From Candidatus Latescibacterota bacterium (lineage in GTDB: Bacteria > Latescibacterota > UBA2968): 64,000 nt of DNA. Position numbers and translations under genes: made by a program. Each line of letters begins with the position of its first letter. Position 1 is the first letter of the stretch. Shown piece by piece: positions 38,401-48,705 of the stretch. The stretch is taken from NCBI GenBank assembly GCA_965204375.1, contig OZ241986.1:3936001-4000000 (forward strand). The letters are read 5' to 3'. The notes under the pieces are model-generated. The model was given only the letters and a program-made list of their open reading frames with translations, searched no databases and was not told where the DNA came from.

Positions 38401-40245
38401 CTAATCGCTGATCGCTCTGGAAAGCGCGTGCTCTGCTGAAACAAGCATGCCACTGATAATCTCATAGGCGAGTTGATCAATATTCTCGCGTGTCTGAGCC
38501 AGATCCTCCCCAGCCAGATCCGCGCAATCAGCCGAAGATGCCGAAACATAATACTTGATCTTGGGTTCTGTACCAGAAGGCCGGGCTGTTACCCGCGTGT
38601 GCCCTTCTTCCGTAAAAGTAAAAGCGAGAACATTGCCCGTAGCACCCTGAATCGCACGCGTAGTACCCGTCTGAACATTGCGCACAATATTCGTCTGGTG
38701 ATCAACGACCTCAATCACCCTGTACCCGCCAATTTCAGCAGGCGGATCCTCGCGCAGACCAGTCATAATCTGGGCAATCTCCTCATTGCCCCGTGCGCCT
38801 TCTCGATACGTCGATTTCTGCACCTCACAAAAATATCCAAACGCGCGATAAATATCATCCAGATAATCCCGCAGCGTGCGACCTTGCCTCTTGAGTTTAG
38901 CCGCGCACTCCGCGAGCAAAACCGCAGCAACAGCCGCATCCTTATCGCGCACAAAATCCGTAAACAAATAACCGTGGCTCTCTTCCGTACCAAACACAAA
39001 GGTCTCATCATCTGACAAATTATTGATCACATCGCCAATATATTTGAACCCGACAAGGAGGTTATCAACAGGTATCAGACCAAAATCCCTCGCAACAAGA
39101 CTAATGAGATCCGTCGTAACAATCGTCTTACACACAACACCCCTATCGGACAATTTGCCCTGATCTCTAAGTGAAGTCAAAATATAATAACACAAAACAG
39201 CGCCAATCTGATTGCCATTAATCGCAAGCTCTTCGGGAGCGGCATCCCAGCCCTTCTGCGGATGGGGCAGCGCGCAACCCAGACGATCGGCATCTGGATC
39301 GCTCGCCAGAACAATATCAGCCCGAACCTGTCTTGCCTCTTCAATAGATATAGAAAGCGCGCCCGGATCTTCGGGATTTGCCACACCCCCTGCCACCGTC
39401 GGGAAATTGCCATCCGGAACATCTTGCGCCTCCACCAGATGGAGAGAATAGCCGAGCTTCTGAAGCGCGGGCACAACACTCGTTGAACCAACGCCGTGTA
39501 GCGGCGTATAAACGACACGTATATCGCGGGCATCGCAAAGAGAAAGATCCACCAGCTTTTCAACATATTGTGCGTCGAGCTCTGCATCGAGCACCTCAAT
39601 CAACCCTCGATCCACCCCGTCCGCATAGTCAATTCTATCGAGACGTTCAACAGCACCAACCTCGGCAATAATATTCTTATCGTGCGGCGGAACAACCTGT
39701 CCGCCATCAATCCAGTACGCCTTAAAACCATTATCCGACGGAGGATTGTGACTCGCGCTAATAACCACACCAGCAACAGCACCTGTCTGGCGGAGCGCAA
39801 AAGAAAGATGAGGCGTTGCCCGAGGACCGTCAAACAACCGTGCGACAATACCATTACCCGCAATAATCGCAGCCGTCTCCCGTGCAAAAACATCCGAATT
39901 ATTGCGCGTATCATACGCGATCACCACACCCATATCTCTGGCATCTTCAATACCCGATTTGAGAATATACTGCGCCAACCCCTGCGCCGCCTCTCCAATC
40001 GTCCTCAAATTAATACGGTTGGGACCCGGGCCCATCTTGCCCCGAATACCACCCGTACCAAACTCGATATGCGTGCGAAAAGCATCCTCGAGCTCGTCTA
40101 TATCTTCATCTTCAACGAGCAATTGAATTTCCGGTACAAAATCGGCAAATACTGAATCAGTAAGCCATTGGGAAACTGCTCGAAAAGCCGCGACAGAAAG
40201 CCTGTTCTCCGCGGCCCAGTCTTTGATCTGCTGGTGTGTCTTCAT
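38401..40245 (-). CDS. Phosphoglucomutase/phosphomannomutase
   Basis: 'FGTGG.RG', 'SASHNP', 'DPDADR', 'EESHG', 'RPSGTEPK.K.Y'. Confidence 0.95.
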   Translation of the reverse strand: MKTHQQIKDWAAENRLSVAAFRAVSQWLTDSVFADFVPEIQLLVEDEDIDELEDAFRTHIEFGTGGIRGKMGPGPNRINLRTIGEAAQGLAQYILKSGIEDARDMGVVIAYDTRNNSDVFARETAAIIAGNGIVARLFDGPRATPHLSFALRQTGAVAGVVISASHNPPSDNGFKAYWIDGGQVVPPHDKNIIAEVGAVERLDRIDYADGVDRGLIEVLDAELDAQYVEKLVDLSLCDARDIRVVYTPLHGVGSTSVVPALQKLGYSLHLVEAQDVPDGNFPTVAGGVANPEDPGALSISIEEARQVRADIVLASDPDADRLGCALPHPQKGWDAAPEELAINGNQIGAVLCYYILTSLRDQGKLSDRGVVCKTIVTTDLISLVARDFGLIPVDNLLVGFKYIGDVINNLSDDETFVFGTEESHGYLFTDFVRDKDAAVAAVLLAECAAKLKRQGRTLRDYLDDIYRAFGYFCEVQKSTYREGARGNEEIAQIMTGLREDPPAEIGGYRVIEVVDHQTNIVRNVQTGTTRAIQGATGNVLAFTFTEEGHTRVTARPSGTEPKIKYYVSASSADCADLAGEDLAQTRENIDQLAYEIISGMLVSAEHALSRAISD

Positions 40246-40490
40246 AAATACTCCAATTCAAGAACGAATAGACGAATAGACGAATAGACGAACCCCGCTC
40301 CGCCCCCAAAGTAGATACAAACTCCGCCGTTGATTCGTTGATGAACTGGCCTGAGAGACGGCCAGTTGTACCCCGCTCCGTTGATTCGCGCTTTTCTTTT
40401 ATCGCCATATATTGCCATCTACAGACCACCGTGTCAAGCCCAGAACCAAAACTACTTGACTTTAGCACTCATTTTTGCCCTATTTTGAAA

Positions 40491-41225
40491 ATGCTCACAA
40501 CAATCCTCATCGCCATTGGCCTTGTACTGGGTATCCCCCTCGCAATACTGGCACTTTTCTTATGCCTGCCAATCCGCGCAGGCGCAACGGGGTACTACCG
40601 CGAAAATGACTACAGCATATCCGGTTTCGCGCGCGGTTGTGCCGGGCTATGTGGTATTGTTTGCGACATTGACAAAAAGGGGATACAATTGCGCGTAGTT
40701 ATCGGACGCTGGACCGCGTGGCGACCCGGGGCAAAACCGCCATCATCAGAGCCAACAACAGAATCCGAAAGAGATATCTCCACCGAACCACAACGGGACA
40801 GACCGAAAAAAAAACCATATCCAACAGAGACCTTACGCGCAAAAGCAAAACAATACCTGAACTATGCTACAGAAGTGCGTCCCATTCTGACGCGATTTAT
40901 AAAACGATTGCTGAAAACAATATCACTTCAACACGCGGAATTGAATCTGGAGTTAGGAACAGACGATCCCGCCTTCACCGGACGTCTATTTGGATATATT
41001 GAAGCGACCAAACGCATCTTTGGCAAACGCATCCGCATCTCGCTCACCCCTGATTTTTTGCAACCGCGCTTTGCCGGATCGGGATCCTTAAAACTCTCCA
41101 TTTATCTTCACCGTTTGATATTCGCCGCACTCGCCCTTGCTGTGCGCGGCGGACTCATGCGCGCAAAAATCTGGTGGACAAAACGCAAAAACAGGCGCAA
41201 AGTCCCCTTAACTGCTAACTACTGA
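40491..41225 (+). CDS. DUF2953/YtfI-like membrane protein
   Basis: N-terminal TM helix, 'GTDDPA.TG..G', 'PDF'; precedes the YtfJ-like gene. Confidence 0.75.
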   Translation: MLTTILIAIGLVLGIPLAILALFLCLPIRAGATGYYRENDYSISGFARGCAGLCGIVCDIDKKGIQLRVVIGRWTAWRPGAKPPSSEPTTESERDISTEPQRDRPKKKPYPTETLRAKAKQYLNYATEVRPILTRFIKRLLKTISLQHAELNLELGTDDPAFTGRLFGYIEATKRIFGKRIRISLTPDFLQPRFAGSGSLKLSIYLHRLIFAALALAVRGGLMRAKIWWTKRKNRRKVPLTANY

Positions 41226-41256
41226 TTATTATGACTATACTTTATCGGGAGGCAAC

Positions 41257-41643
41257 ATGGCAATAGAAGACATGGTGCGAACAATGTTACACGAACTGCG
41301 TGAAATCGTGAAAACCGAAACCGTAGTAGGCGAACCCCTTGTCCTGGGCGACGTCACCATCATACCCGTATCCAAAATATCCTTTGGATTTGGCGCAGGT
41401 GGTGGACAGGGCGAAAAAGACGACGGAAGCAGTGGCACGGGCGGAGGCGGCTCTGTGCAACCCGTGGCATTCATCGTCATACAAAAAGGCAAAGCACAGC
41501 TTCTACCCATAGAAGACAAAAGCATGTCTATCGCCGACCTGCTCAAATACGCGCCCGATGTACTTGAAAAAATTAAAGCATTTAAGGACAAACGAAAAAA
41601 AAAGGAAGAAGAGAACGACGGCAGCGAAGAAGAAAAAGAATAA
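41257..41643 (+). CDS. GerW/YtfJ-family protein
   Basis: 'TVVGEP', 'IIPVSKISFGFGAGG', 'GGGGSVQPVAF'. Confidence 0.9.
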   Translation: MAIEDMVRTMLHELREIVKTETVVGEPLVLGDVTIIPVSKISFGFGAGGGQGEKDDGSSGTGGGGSVQPVAFIVIQKGKAQLLPIEDKSMSIADLLKYAPDVLEKIKAFKDKRKKKEEENDGSEEEKE

Positions 41644-41707
41644 CAACCGCGCATCGGCCAATAAATTCACCGACGATGAATAATTAAAAAAATCGCTGGA
41701 AATACCA

Positions 41708-42157
41708 TTGATAGGAGATTATCATTCAGTGAAACGCACCTCTCCGCCACCTTTGGAACTCGATTATGAAAGCAATCCTGTACATCGCAACCCTTCACGC
41801 CGACATCACCATACACAATGGTCAAAACACATATCAGAAGATGAGGAATTTCTCATCTTTTGTGACTCCGTATCCAGGGGATGGGGAAATCGCAGTACCT
41901 GTTTTTGGGGTATAAAAATAGACGAAAAAAGAGAACTGATGACATTGAATGATCCATCCTACCATAACGGTCAGATTGCAAAATGGTGTAGATTTGTGAG
42001 CAATACAAAGCCTGAAATTTGGCACGGTTATCCACTATGGCCGGATCCACGTAGGCCAAACCCGTCTCAAGACGTTCTGTTACAATGGGCGCGGTACCGT
42101 CCTCTTTCTAAAGCCAAAGTCGCAAAATTATTAAGGGGGAGACGATGCAGTTTCTAA
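41708..42157 (+). CDS. Hypothetical protein with WHGYP motif
   Basis: 149-aa ORF (start may be GTG at 41729) overlapping the next gene. Confidence 0.7.
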   Translation: MIGDYHSVKRTSPPPLELDYESNPVHRNPSRRHHHTQWSKHISEDEEFLIFCDSVSRGWGNRSTCFWGIKIDEKRELMTLNDPSYHNGQIAKWCRFVSNTKPEIWHGYPLWPDPRRPNPSQDVLLQWARYRPLSKAKVAKLLRGRRCSF

Positions 42158-43440
42158 AACTTAAATTGCCAGGGGCTTATCTCGATGCCTTTCTTTACAG
42201 AGGGCATCTCTATTTGCTTACAGAAGAGAACACATTGCAAGTACTCGACTGGAATAGATTGATAGAACGCGTTTTCCCTGCACCAGATAGAAGTGGAATT
42301 GATCCATTAGCTGCTATGATATGGACCAATAATTCGTTAGTCCATAAACATAGGAATCTCATAGATAAACATAGAAATCTCATAGATTGGACTCAATATG
42401 ACGAGTTCAAAAACATGCCACTCAAAAATCTTCAGAGGATGAATGATACTGTTCTTTACCCTGAAGAGAATGAATGCAATGAATTTAATCTGGGGCCTGA
42501 GAGGTTTCACACGCTTGAACTTTACCATTCTCATGTATGGCTGCTCGGCGAAAAAGGTGTCAGTTATGTGAAGACAGGGCCGGGACATGTTAAGGGAAAA
42601 TGCTCCAATATCTATCGAGTACTCGATGATTGTGCCTATTCTCTCGGCGCAAGATCGGACATGCTATGGGTCACGTCACCCGATTTGGTACATGTTATAT
42701 CTATCCGCGATATTTCGCCAAGACGTGTGAAAGTGGAATTTGGAGAAGAGAATTCCTTATCCATTTCGGCAAACCACATCGGATGGCACTGGGAAGATGC
42801 CGTGATGACCTCAGATTTTGACTTTCATACGAGTATCTGGATGCGTGTCTCTCGCCAAAATGTCAGTGCCCAAAAAGTCATGGATGCTGATCCAGTCTAT
42901 ACAAATCGCGAGCAAATTTTAGAGGAGTACTCTACAGGGAAGGAAGTACCTACTGAAACAAAGAACGCTTCCTTTTACGAGATCGCACCTGATATCGGAA
43001 AATCTCAGCGACTCTACTGTAGCAGAGAACGAGCTGTGGGCGTATCACCTGATCACTCTGTGCAGGCTTTCAATTGGGGATTCGATCTTAAAACCGAACA
43101 AAACGGGCTTTCAGCTTATACGATTTCAAATCCCAATGTAGAACGTGTGCTCATTGGTACTTTTGGATGGATCATTGAAGAAACATCAGGTGTTCTTTTG
43201 ATAGATAAAATTAAGAAGAGAAGATTATATAACAAGGAACCGACGCAAGTCCGTACATTCCCATCTGCTCATTGGTATGAAAACCTGGTTCTCATCGTAG
43301 GTGATGAGGATATCGAAGTTATCGCAATTCTCGATTATGACTTTCTAATACCCAAGAAATTGCAAGACGTCAATATTGGTAGAAAATCGGAATATTTCTT
43401 AGATAGTTACAGACAATATTCTGCAGGCGGTGGTTTTTAG
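42145..43440 (+). CDS. Hypothetical protein (beta-rich)
   Basis: 431-aa ORF, more AT-rich than its flanks, no recognised motif. Confidence 0.8.
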   Translation: MQFLKLKLPGAYLDAFLYRGHLYLLTEENTLQVLDWNRLIERVFPAPDRSGIDPLAAMIWTNNSLVHKHRNLIDKHRNLIDWTQYDEFKNMPLKNLQRMNDTVLYPEENECNEFNLGPERFHTLELYHSHVWLLGEKGVSYVKTGPGHVKGKCSNIYRVLDDCAYSLGARSDMLWVTSPDLVHVISIRDISPRRVKVEFGEENSLSISANHIGWHWEDAVMTSDFDFHTSIWMRVSRQNVSAQKVMDADPVYTNREQILEEYSTGKEVPTETKNASFYEIAPDIGKSQRLYCSRERAVGVSPDHSVQAFNWGFDLKTEQNGLSAYTISNPNVERVLIGTFGWIIEETSGVLLIDKIKKRRLYNKEPTQVRTFPSAHWYENLVLIVGDEDIEVIAILDYDFLIPKKLQDVNIGRKSEYFLDSYRQYSAGGGF

Positions 43441-43471
43441 TGCTACTTATAACTCCTTTGCGACCCTACTG

Positions 43472-45565
43472 ATGCTCTCAAACTTAAACCAGCCCTTGCG
43501 AACCCTGCCGGGCATTGGACTAAAGCGCGAAAAAGTATTGGAAAACGCAGGCATCGCCACCGTGGGCGACCTCCTATTGTATGTGCCCTATCGGTACATA
43601 GATCGATCCACCGAAGTCGGAATCGCACACCTGCCACTGGATGGGGAAGTCACCGCAGTAGGCGAAATCGTAAGCATGCAGATAATCCCCGGCAAGCGTC
43701 GGCGATTCGTCATGACAGTCGAAGACCAGACCGGATCGGTCGCCTGTACGTGGTTCGGAGGCATACAATACCTCAAAAACGCATACCGCGCGGGCGACAT
43801 CGTAGCACTGGGAGGAAAATTGACGCGATTCGGGCGCACCTTGCAAATGGTACACCCCGAAATAGAAGTTCTCGCAAACGAAGACGACGACAATCAGCGG
43901 CTGCATACCGGACGCATCATCCCGCTGTATTCCACCACATCAAAAATGAAAGCAGACCGCCTCACAGCCCGCGCACTTCGCCGTCTCTTATTCGCCGCGC
44001 TACAAACCGTTGGAGATCAGATTGAAGACCCATTGGATGAAAACATACGCAAACGCTGTGGCATAATGCCCCTGCGAGACGCAATTGAAAAAATCCATTT
44101 CCCGGACACAACAGCGGACATAGACACTGCGCGGCAGCGCCTATCTTTTGATGAAATTTTCTATATCCAGCTTTACCTTGGACACGCAAAAAAACTGCGC
44201 CAGCGCACACCCGGGCGCGTTCTGACATGCAACGGCTCGCTAACGCGGCAACTCGTGGCAAATCTACCCTTCAAACTAACGCATGCACAAACGCACGCCA
44301 TTGCAGAAATCGGTCACGACTTACAGCATCCCGTAGCCATGCACCGCCTGTTACAGGGCGACGTGGGATCCGGCAAAACCCTCGTCGCCCTCCACGCCAT
44401 GTTATGTGCAGCAGACAGCGGCGCGCAAGCCGCCTTAATGGCACCCACAGAGATCTTAGCCGAACAACACGCCCACACCATACGAGAACTCGTCGCACCA
44501 TTGGGCTTAGACATAGCACTGGTGACAGGACGCATGCGAAAAGCGCAACGCGCCAAAATACTGGACGGATTGAGTTCTGGAAAAATAAAACTGACAGTCG
44601 GCACACATGCCCTGTTGCAAAACGACATCGCATTTGCCGACCTCGCACTCATCGTGGTCGATGAACAACACCGCTTTGGCGTGGTACAGCGCGCCATGCT
44701 GCGCGAAAAAGGCAATACACCCCATCTGCTGGTCATGACCGCCACCCCCATACCCAGATCCCTATCTCTGACCCTGTATGGCGATCTGGATGTCACCATC
44801 ATCGACGCCCTACCGCCTGGTCGCATCCCTGTACGCACGGGATGGCGTTATGCACAGGACCGCGCCCGAGCACTGCAATTTCTGCGCAGCGAACTGCAAC
44901 AAGGGCGTCAGGCATATATCGTCTATCCACTCGTATCCGAATCCGAAAAAAGCGACCTGCAAGCCGCCACCGCCGCCTTTGAAGACCTGCAAAAAGATGC
45001 ACTCTCCAACTTCCGATTGGGCTTGCTTCACGGACGGCTAAAACGCGACGAAAAAGAAACCACAATGTCTGCCTTCAGGCGCGGCGACCTGGATGCGCTG
45101 GTCACGACAACAGTTATCGAAGTCGGCGTCGATATACCCAACGCCACAGTCATGATGGTCGAACACGCCGAACGCTTTGGACTATCGCAATTGCACCAAT
45201 TGCGCGGACGCGTGGGCCGCGGTCAACATCAATCCTACTGCATCTTAATTGCAGACCCCCAGGACGCGCTATCGGATGACGCACGTGAACGCCTCGACGC
45301 CATGGCGCGAACAACGGACGGATTCGAAATCTCAGAAGCCGACTTGTGCATCCGGGGACCCGGACATATTTTTGGCACACAACAAGCCGGCTTCCCCAAA
45401 TTTCACTTTGCCGACCTCGCACGCGACGGCACCTTAATCACCGCCGCACGCCGAGAAGCACAGACACTCCTATCCCACGACCCAAATTTGACCGCGCATA
45501 CTGTTTTAAGACGAGAATTAGACGCAACCGCACTTCACGACATGCAAATTGTGGAAGCGGGATAA
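43472..45565 (+). CDS. recG: ATP-dependent DNA helicase RecG
   Basis: 'RLLQGDVGSGKT', 'DEQHRFG', 'TATPIPR', 'QLRGRVGRG'. Confidence 0.97.
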   Translation: MLSNLNQPLRTLPGIGLKREKVLENAGIATVGDLLLYVPYRYIDRSTEVGIAHLPLDGEVTAVGEIVSMQIIPGKRRRFVMTVEDQTGSVACTWFGGIQYLKNAYRAGDIVALGGKLTRFGRTLQMVHPEIEVLANEDDDNQRLHTGRIIPLYSTTSKMKADRLTARALRRLLFAALQTVGDQIEDPLDENIRKRCGIMPLRDAIEKIHFPDTTADIDTARQRLSFDEIFYIQLYLGHAKKLRQRTPGRVLTCNGSLTRQLVANLPFKLTHAQTHAIAEIGHDLQHPVAMHRLLQGDVGSGKTLVALHAMLCAADSGAQAALMAPTEILAEQHAHTIRELVAPLGLDIALVTGRMRKAQRAKILDGLSSGKIKLTVGTHALLQNDIAFADLALIVVDEQHRFGVVQRAMLREKGNTPHLLVMTATPIPRSLSLTLYGDLDVTIIDALPPGRIPVRTGWRYAQDRARALQFLRSELQQGRQAYIVYPLVSESEKSDLQAATAAFEDLQKDALSNFRLGLLHGRLKRDEKETTMSAFRRGDLDALVTTTVIEVGVDIPNATVMMVEHAERFGLSQLHQLRGRVGRGQHQSYCILIADPQDALSDDARERLDAMARTTDGFEISEADLCIRGPGHIFGTQQAGFPKFHFADLARDGTLITAARREAQTLLSHDPNLTAHTVLRRELDATALHDMQIVEAG

Positions 45566-45573
45566 CTGCTGAG

Positions 45574-45660
45574 AAGTGTGAAGGAAGAAGTGTGAAGTGT
45601 GAAGGAATACGAAGAAGGCGTGGGGCGGCGGGCTAACCGCTGACGGCTAACCGCTAATAG
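45574..45660 (+). repeat. Heptamer-type short tandem repeats (AAGTGTG; GCTAACC/GCTGACG)
   Basis: Read directly; a related inverted AAGTGTG-like tract lies at ~54853-54882. Confidence 0.65.
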
Positions 45661-45689
45661 TTGACACCCCTATTGTATTATGGTAGATT
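45661..45689 (+). promoter_or_regulatory. sigma70-like promoter
   Basis: TTGACA-17 bp-TAGATT upstream of the PfkB-hflKC genes. Confidence 0.6.
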
Positions 45690-45801
45690 GATTCGGCATT
45701 CTTAGGCATACATCCATGTTCATCTGCGATCATCTGCGTTCAGGCTCGGATTACTCGCCTTCATTCTGCGGATGTTTCTTTATTGCCCCGGAAACTGACT
45801 G

Positions 45802-46776
45802 ATGAATCATGAGCTGCGCATTGCGTTGCTTGGCACGATTAACCGCGACACGATTCACACCGCCGATGGCGTGACAACCGAAAGCTACGGCGGTTTGTTG
45901 TACAGCATCCTGGCATTGGCTGAGATCGCGTCTTCTGATGTGGTGATTTATCCGATCTGCAACGCAGGAGCAGACATAGAAGCCGTGGTGCGAGAAAAAC
46001 TCGCGCCATATCCACACGTCAAATACGACGGCATTCAATTTGTATCGGGCAAAAATCCCCATTGCTTTTTGGATTACGACGCAAACGGGCGCAAACGCGA
46101 AACCCTGCACAACGATGTCCCGCAAATCTCTTTTTCACAAATTGAACCATTTTTAGACTGCGACGCGATATGCTTTAATTTCATCACCGGGATGGAACTC
46201 GCCCTCGAAACCGCACAACGCGTGCGTCGTTTCGCCACCGGTTTGCTATTGATGGATGTCCACAGTTTAACCCTGGGCATGGACGAAAAACGCCGCCGAT
46301 TCTGGCGCGTGCCCCCGAAGTGGAAAAAATGGATGGGATGCGTAGATGTCGTACAAATGAATGAACAAGAGGGCGCTTTACTCGCCAACGAAACACTGGA
46401 TAGCAAAGACGCAACACGCCGTTTTGCAAAACAAGTATTATGCGCGGGACCTTCAGTATTGATGATCACGCGCAGCGACCGCGGTTCTGAAACAATTTCT
46501 CAAAATGACCGCTCAGACATTGTGATCGACAAATTCGATCCCGCGCCCATCACTGAACCCTGTGACGAAACCGGATGTGGCGACACCTTTTTAATGGGAT
46601 ATACCTGGGCCTTCTTGCAAACGGGCAACCGCGCCTTTGCCAGTCGTTTTGCCAATCGAGTGGCGGGTATCAACGTGTGTTTGCGCGGCATTGAAGGCAT
46701 TGCAAAAATAAGCCAATTCCTAAACCCCGAAGACCTGCCTGTGGGGACACGCAGACAGGTCAATCTGCCGTATTAA
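45802..46776 (+). CDS. PfkB-family carbohydrate kinase
   Basis: 'MNEQE', 'DETGCGDTF'. Confidence 0.85.
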   Translation: MNHELRIALLGTINRDTIHTADGVTTESYGGLLYSILALAEIASSDVVIYPICNAGADIEAVVREKLAPYPHVKYDGIQFVSGKNPHCFLDYDANGRKRETLHNDVPQISFSQIEPFLDCDAICFNFITGMELALETAQRVRRFATGLLLMDVHSLTLGMDEKRRRFWRVPPKWKKWMGCVDVVQMNEQEGALLANETLDSKDATRRFAKQVLCAGPSVLMITRSDRGSETISQNDRSDIVIDKFDPAPITEPCDETGCGDTFLMGYTWAFLQTGNRAFASRFANRVAGINVCLRGIEGIAKISQFLNPEDLPVGTRRQVNLPY

Positions 46777-46810
46777 ACGGCATTCTCCCCGGTCCTGAAA
46801 GGAGGGCCTG

Positions 46811-47785
46811 ATGCAAGAATATCAATTTCCAAATCGTCCAAATTTCGACTTGCAATTCAACCCCAAGTTCATCTATTACGGGTTAATTGTACTGGCATTG
46901 CTCTGGTTGGCCAGTGGCATCTATACAGTGCGGCAAGATGAGCAAGCAGTCGTATTTCAATTCGGACGAGCGGTAAGCCTGGAAGATCCTGGCATCCACT
47001 ACCACTGGCCCACACCCATTCAGCGCGTTGAAAAAGAGCGCGTATCAGAGGTAAAACGCCTCGAAGTCGGTTTTCGCACCATCAGCGTGAGCCCCACGCC
47101 GAGATACCAGAAGGTCTCAGCCGAATCCGCAATGTTGACCGGCGACGAGAATATCGTCGATGTAGAACTAATCGTTCAGTATCGCATCCGCGATTTGGAG
47201 AACTATTTGTTCCAGGTCAACGACCAGCGAAAAGCCATCAAAGACGTGACCGAGGCCGCATTGCGCCAGGTCGTTGGGCAGCGCACCATCGACGAGGCTC
47301 TCACAGAGGGCAAGCTGGAAATTCAAGAAGAGATTCTGAAACAGGTTCAAGAAGTCCTGGATATCTACGAAATTGGCGTGCGCGTCGATCAAGCCAAATT
47401 GCAGACCGTATCTGTACCCCAGGAAGTCGATCACGCATTTAAGGACGTCGCCAATGCGCGAGAAGACAAAGAACGTCTCCGCAACGAAGCCGAAGCCTAT
47501 CGCAATGACATCATCCCGAAAACGCGCGGTGAAGCCGAAAAAATGATCCGAGAAGCCGAAGCCTATAAAGTCGAGCGAGTCAAGCGCTCTCAAGGCGATG
47601 CAGACCGCTTCGTCGAGGTACTCAAAGAATATCGCACCGCAAAAGACGTGACCGAAACGCGAATGTACCTCGAAACAATGGAAAAAATCCTGCCCGGCAT
47701 ACAAAAATTCGTCGTCGAATCCGACGGCAAGGGCGGCATTCTCAACGTTCTCAACCTGCAAAAGCCATTAGGAGGAGGAAATTGA
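46811..47785 (+). CDS. hflK: FtsH modulator HflK
   Basis: SPFH domain, 'MLTGDENIV', 'NEAEAY.N', 'R.YLETME'. Confidence 0.95.
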   Translation: MQEYQFPNRPNFDLQFNPKFIYYGLIVLALLWLASGIYTVRQDEQAVVFQFGRAVSLEDPGIHYHWPTPIQRVEKERVSEVKRLEVGFRTISVSPTPRYQKVSAESAMLTGDENIVDVELIVQYRIRDLENYLFQVNDQRKAIKDVTEAALRQVVGQRTIDEALTEGKLEIQEEILKQVQEVLDIYEIGVRVDQAKLQTVSVPQEVDHAFKDVANAREDKERLRNEAEAYRNDIIPKTRGEAEKMIREAEAYKVERVKRSQGDADRFVEVLKEYRTAKDVTETRMYLETMEKILPGIQKFVVESDGKGGILNVLNLQKPLGGGN

Positions 47786-47786
47786 T

Positions 47787-48647
47787 ATGCGCAACCTCGT
47801 AACTCTGGTGGTCATTTTGATAGCAGCGGTTATCTTAATTCAATCATCGTGTTATATCGTGGATGAACGCAAACAGGTCGTCGTCACAGAATTTGGGCAA
47901 CCCGTACGCACCGTACAGTCCCCGGGCCTGCATTTTAAAATTCCGTTTATCCAGCAATTGCACACCTTCGAAGATCGCCTGCTGTACAGCGATGCCGATC
48001 CCAGACAAATTTACACACAGGACAAGAAAAACCTCATCGTCGATAATTTTGCCCGCTGGCGCATCACAGATCCACTCAAGTTTCTGGTATCTGTGCAAAA
48101 TGTCTCCTATGCACAATCGCGCCTGGACGACATCATTTTTTCAGCGGTACGCGAAGAACTCGGGCAACGCACGCTGGTCGAGATCGTAGTTACGCACCGC
48201 GAGGATATCATGAAGACAGTGACAGAGCGCTCCCACGAGGCAGCACTCGGACTGGGCATTGATATCCTCGATGTGCGGATTAAGCGCGCAGACCTGCCGC
48301 GCGAAAACAAAAACAACGTGTTTGAACGCATGCGCGCCGAACGCGAACGGCAGGCCAAAGAATACCGCGCCGAAGGTGAAGAAGAGGCTCTGAAAATTCG
48401 CGCGGAAGCCGACCTCGAAGTCGCGCGCCTCAAATCCGAAGCCCTGCAAAAATCGCAGTTAATTCGCGGCGAAGGCGATGCCGAAGCATTGCGTATCTAT
48501 GCCGATGCCTTTGAACAAGACCCCCGTTTTTTTCAATTCTGGCGCACCCTCGAAGCCTATGAAAAAACCCTGGGCGAAGGAACGACCGTCGTGATGCCTC
48601 CCACCAGCGATTTCTTCAAGTACCTGACCCAAAAGCGTCCGCGGTAG
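47787..48647 (+). CDS. hflC: FtsH modulator HflC
   Basis: 'PGLHFKIPF', 'DVRIKRADLP', 'RMRAER', 'DP.FF.F.R.LEAY'. Confidence 0.95.
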   Translation: MRNLVTLVVILIAAVILIQSSCYIVDERKQVVVTEFGQPVRTVQSPGLHFKIPFIQQLHTFEDRLLYSDADPRQIYTQDKKNLIVDNFARWRITDPLKFLVSVQNVSYAQSRLDDIIFSAVREELGQRTLVEIVVTHREDIMKTVTERSHEAALGLGIDILDVRIKRADLPRENKNNVFERMRAERERQAKEYRAEGEEEALKIRAEADLEVARLKSEALQKSQLIRGEGDAEALRIYADAFEQDPRFFQFWRTLEAYEKTLGEGTTVVMPPTSDFFKYLTQKRPR

Positions 48648-48705
48648 GGATGGCCCGCAGTGGGCGGGTACAGGTCCGCCCACTGCGCCTCAACGAGGCA
48701 ATCCC

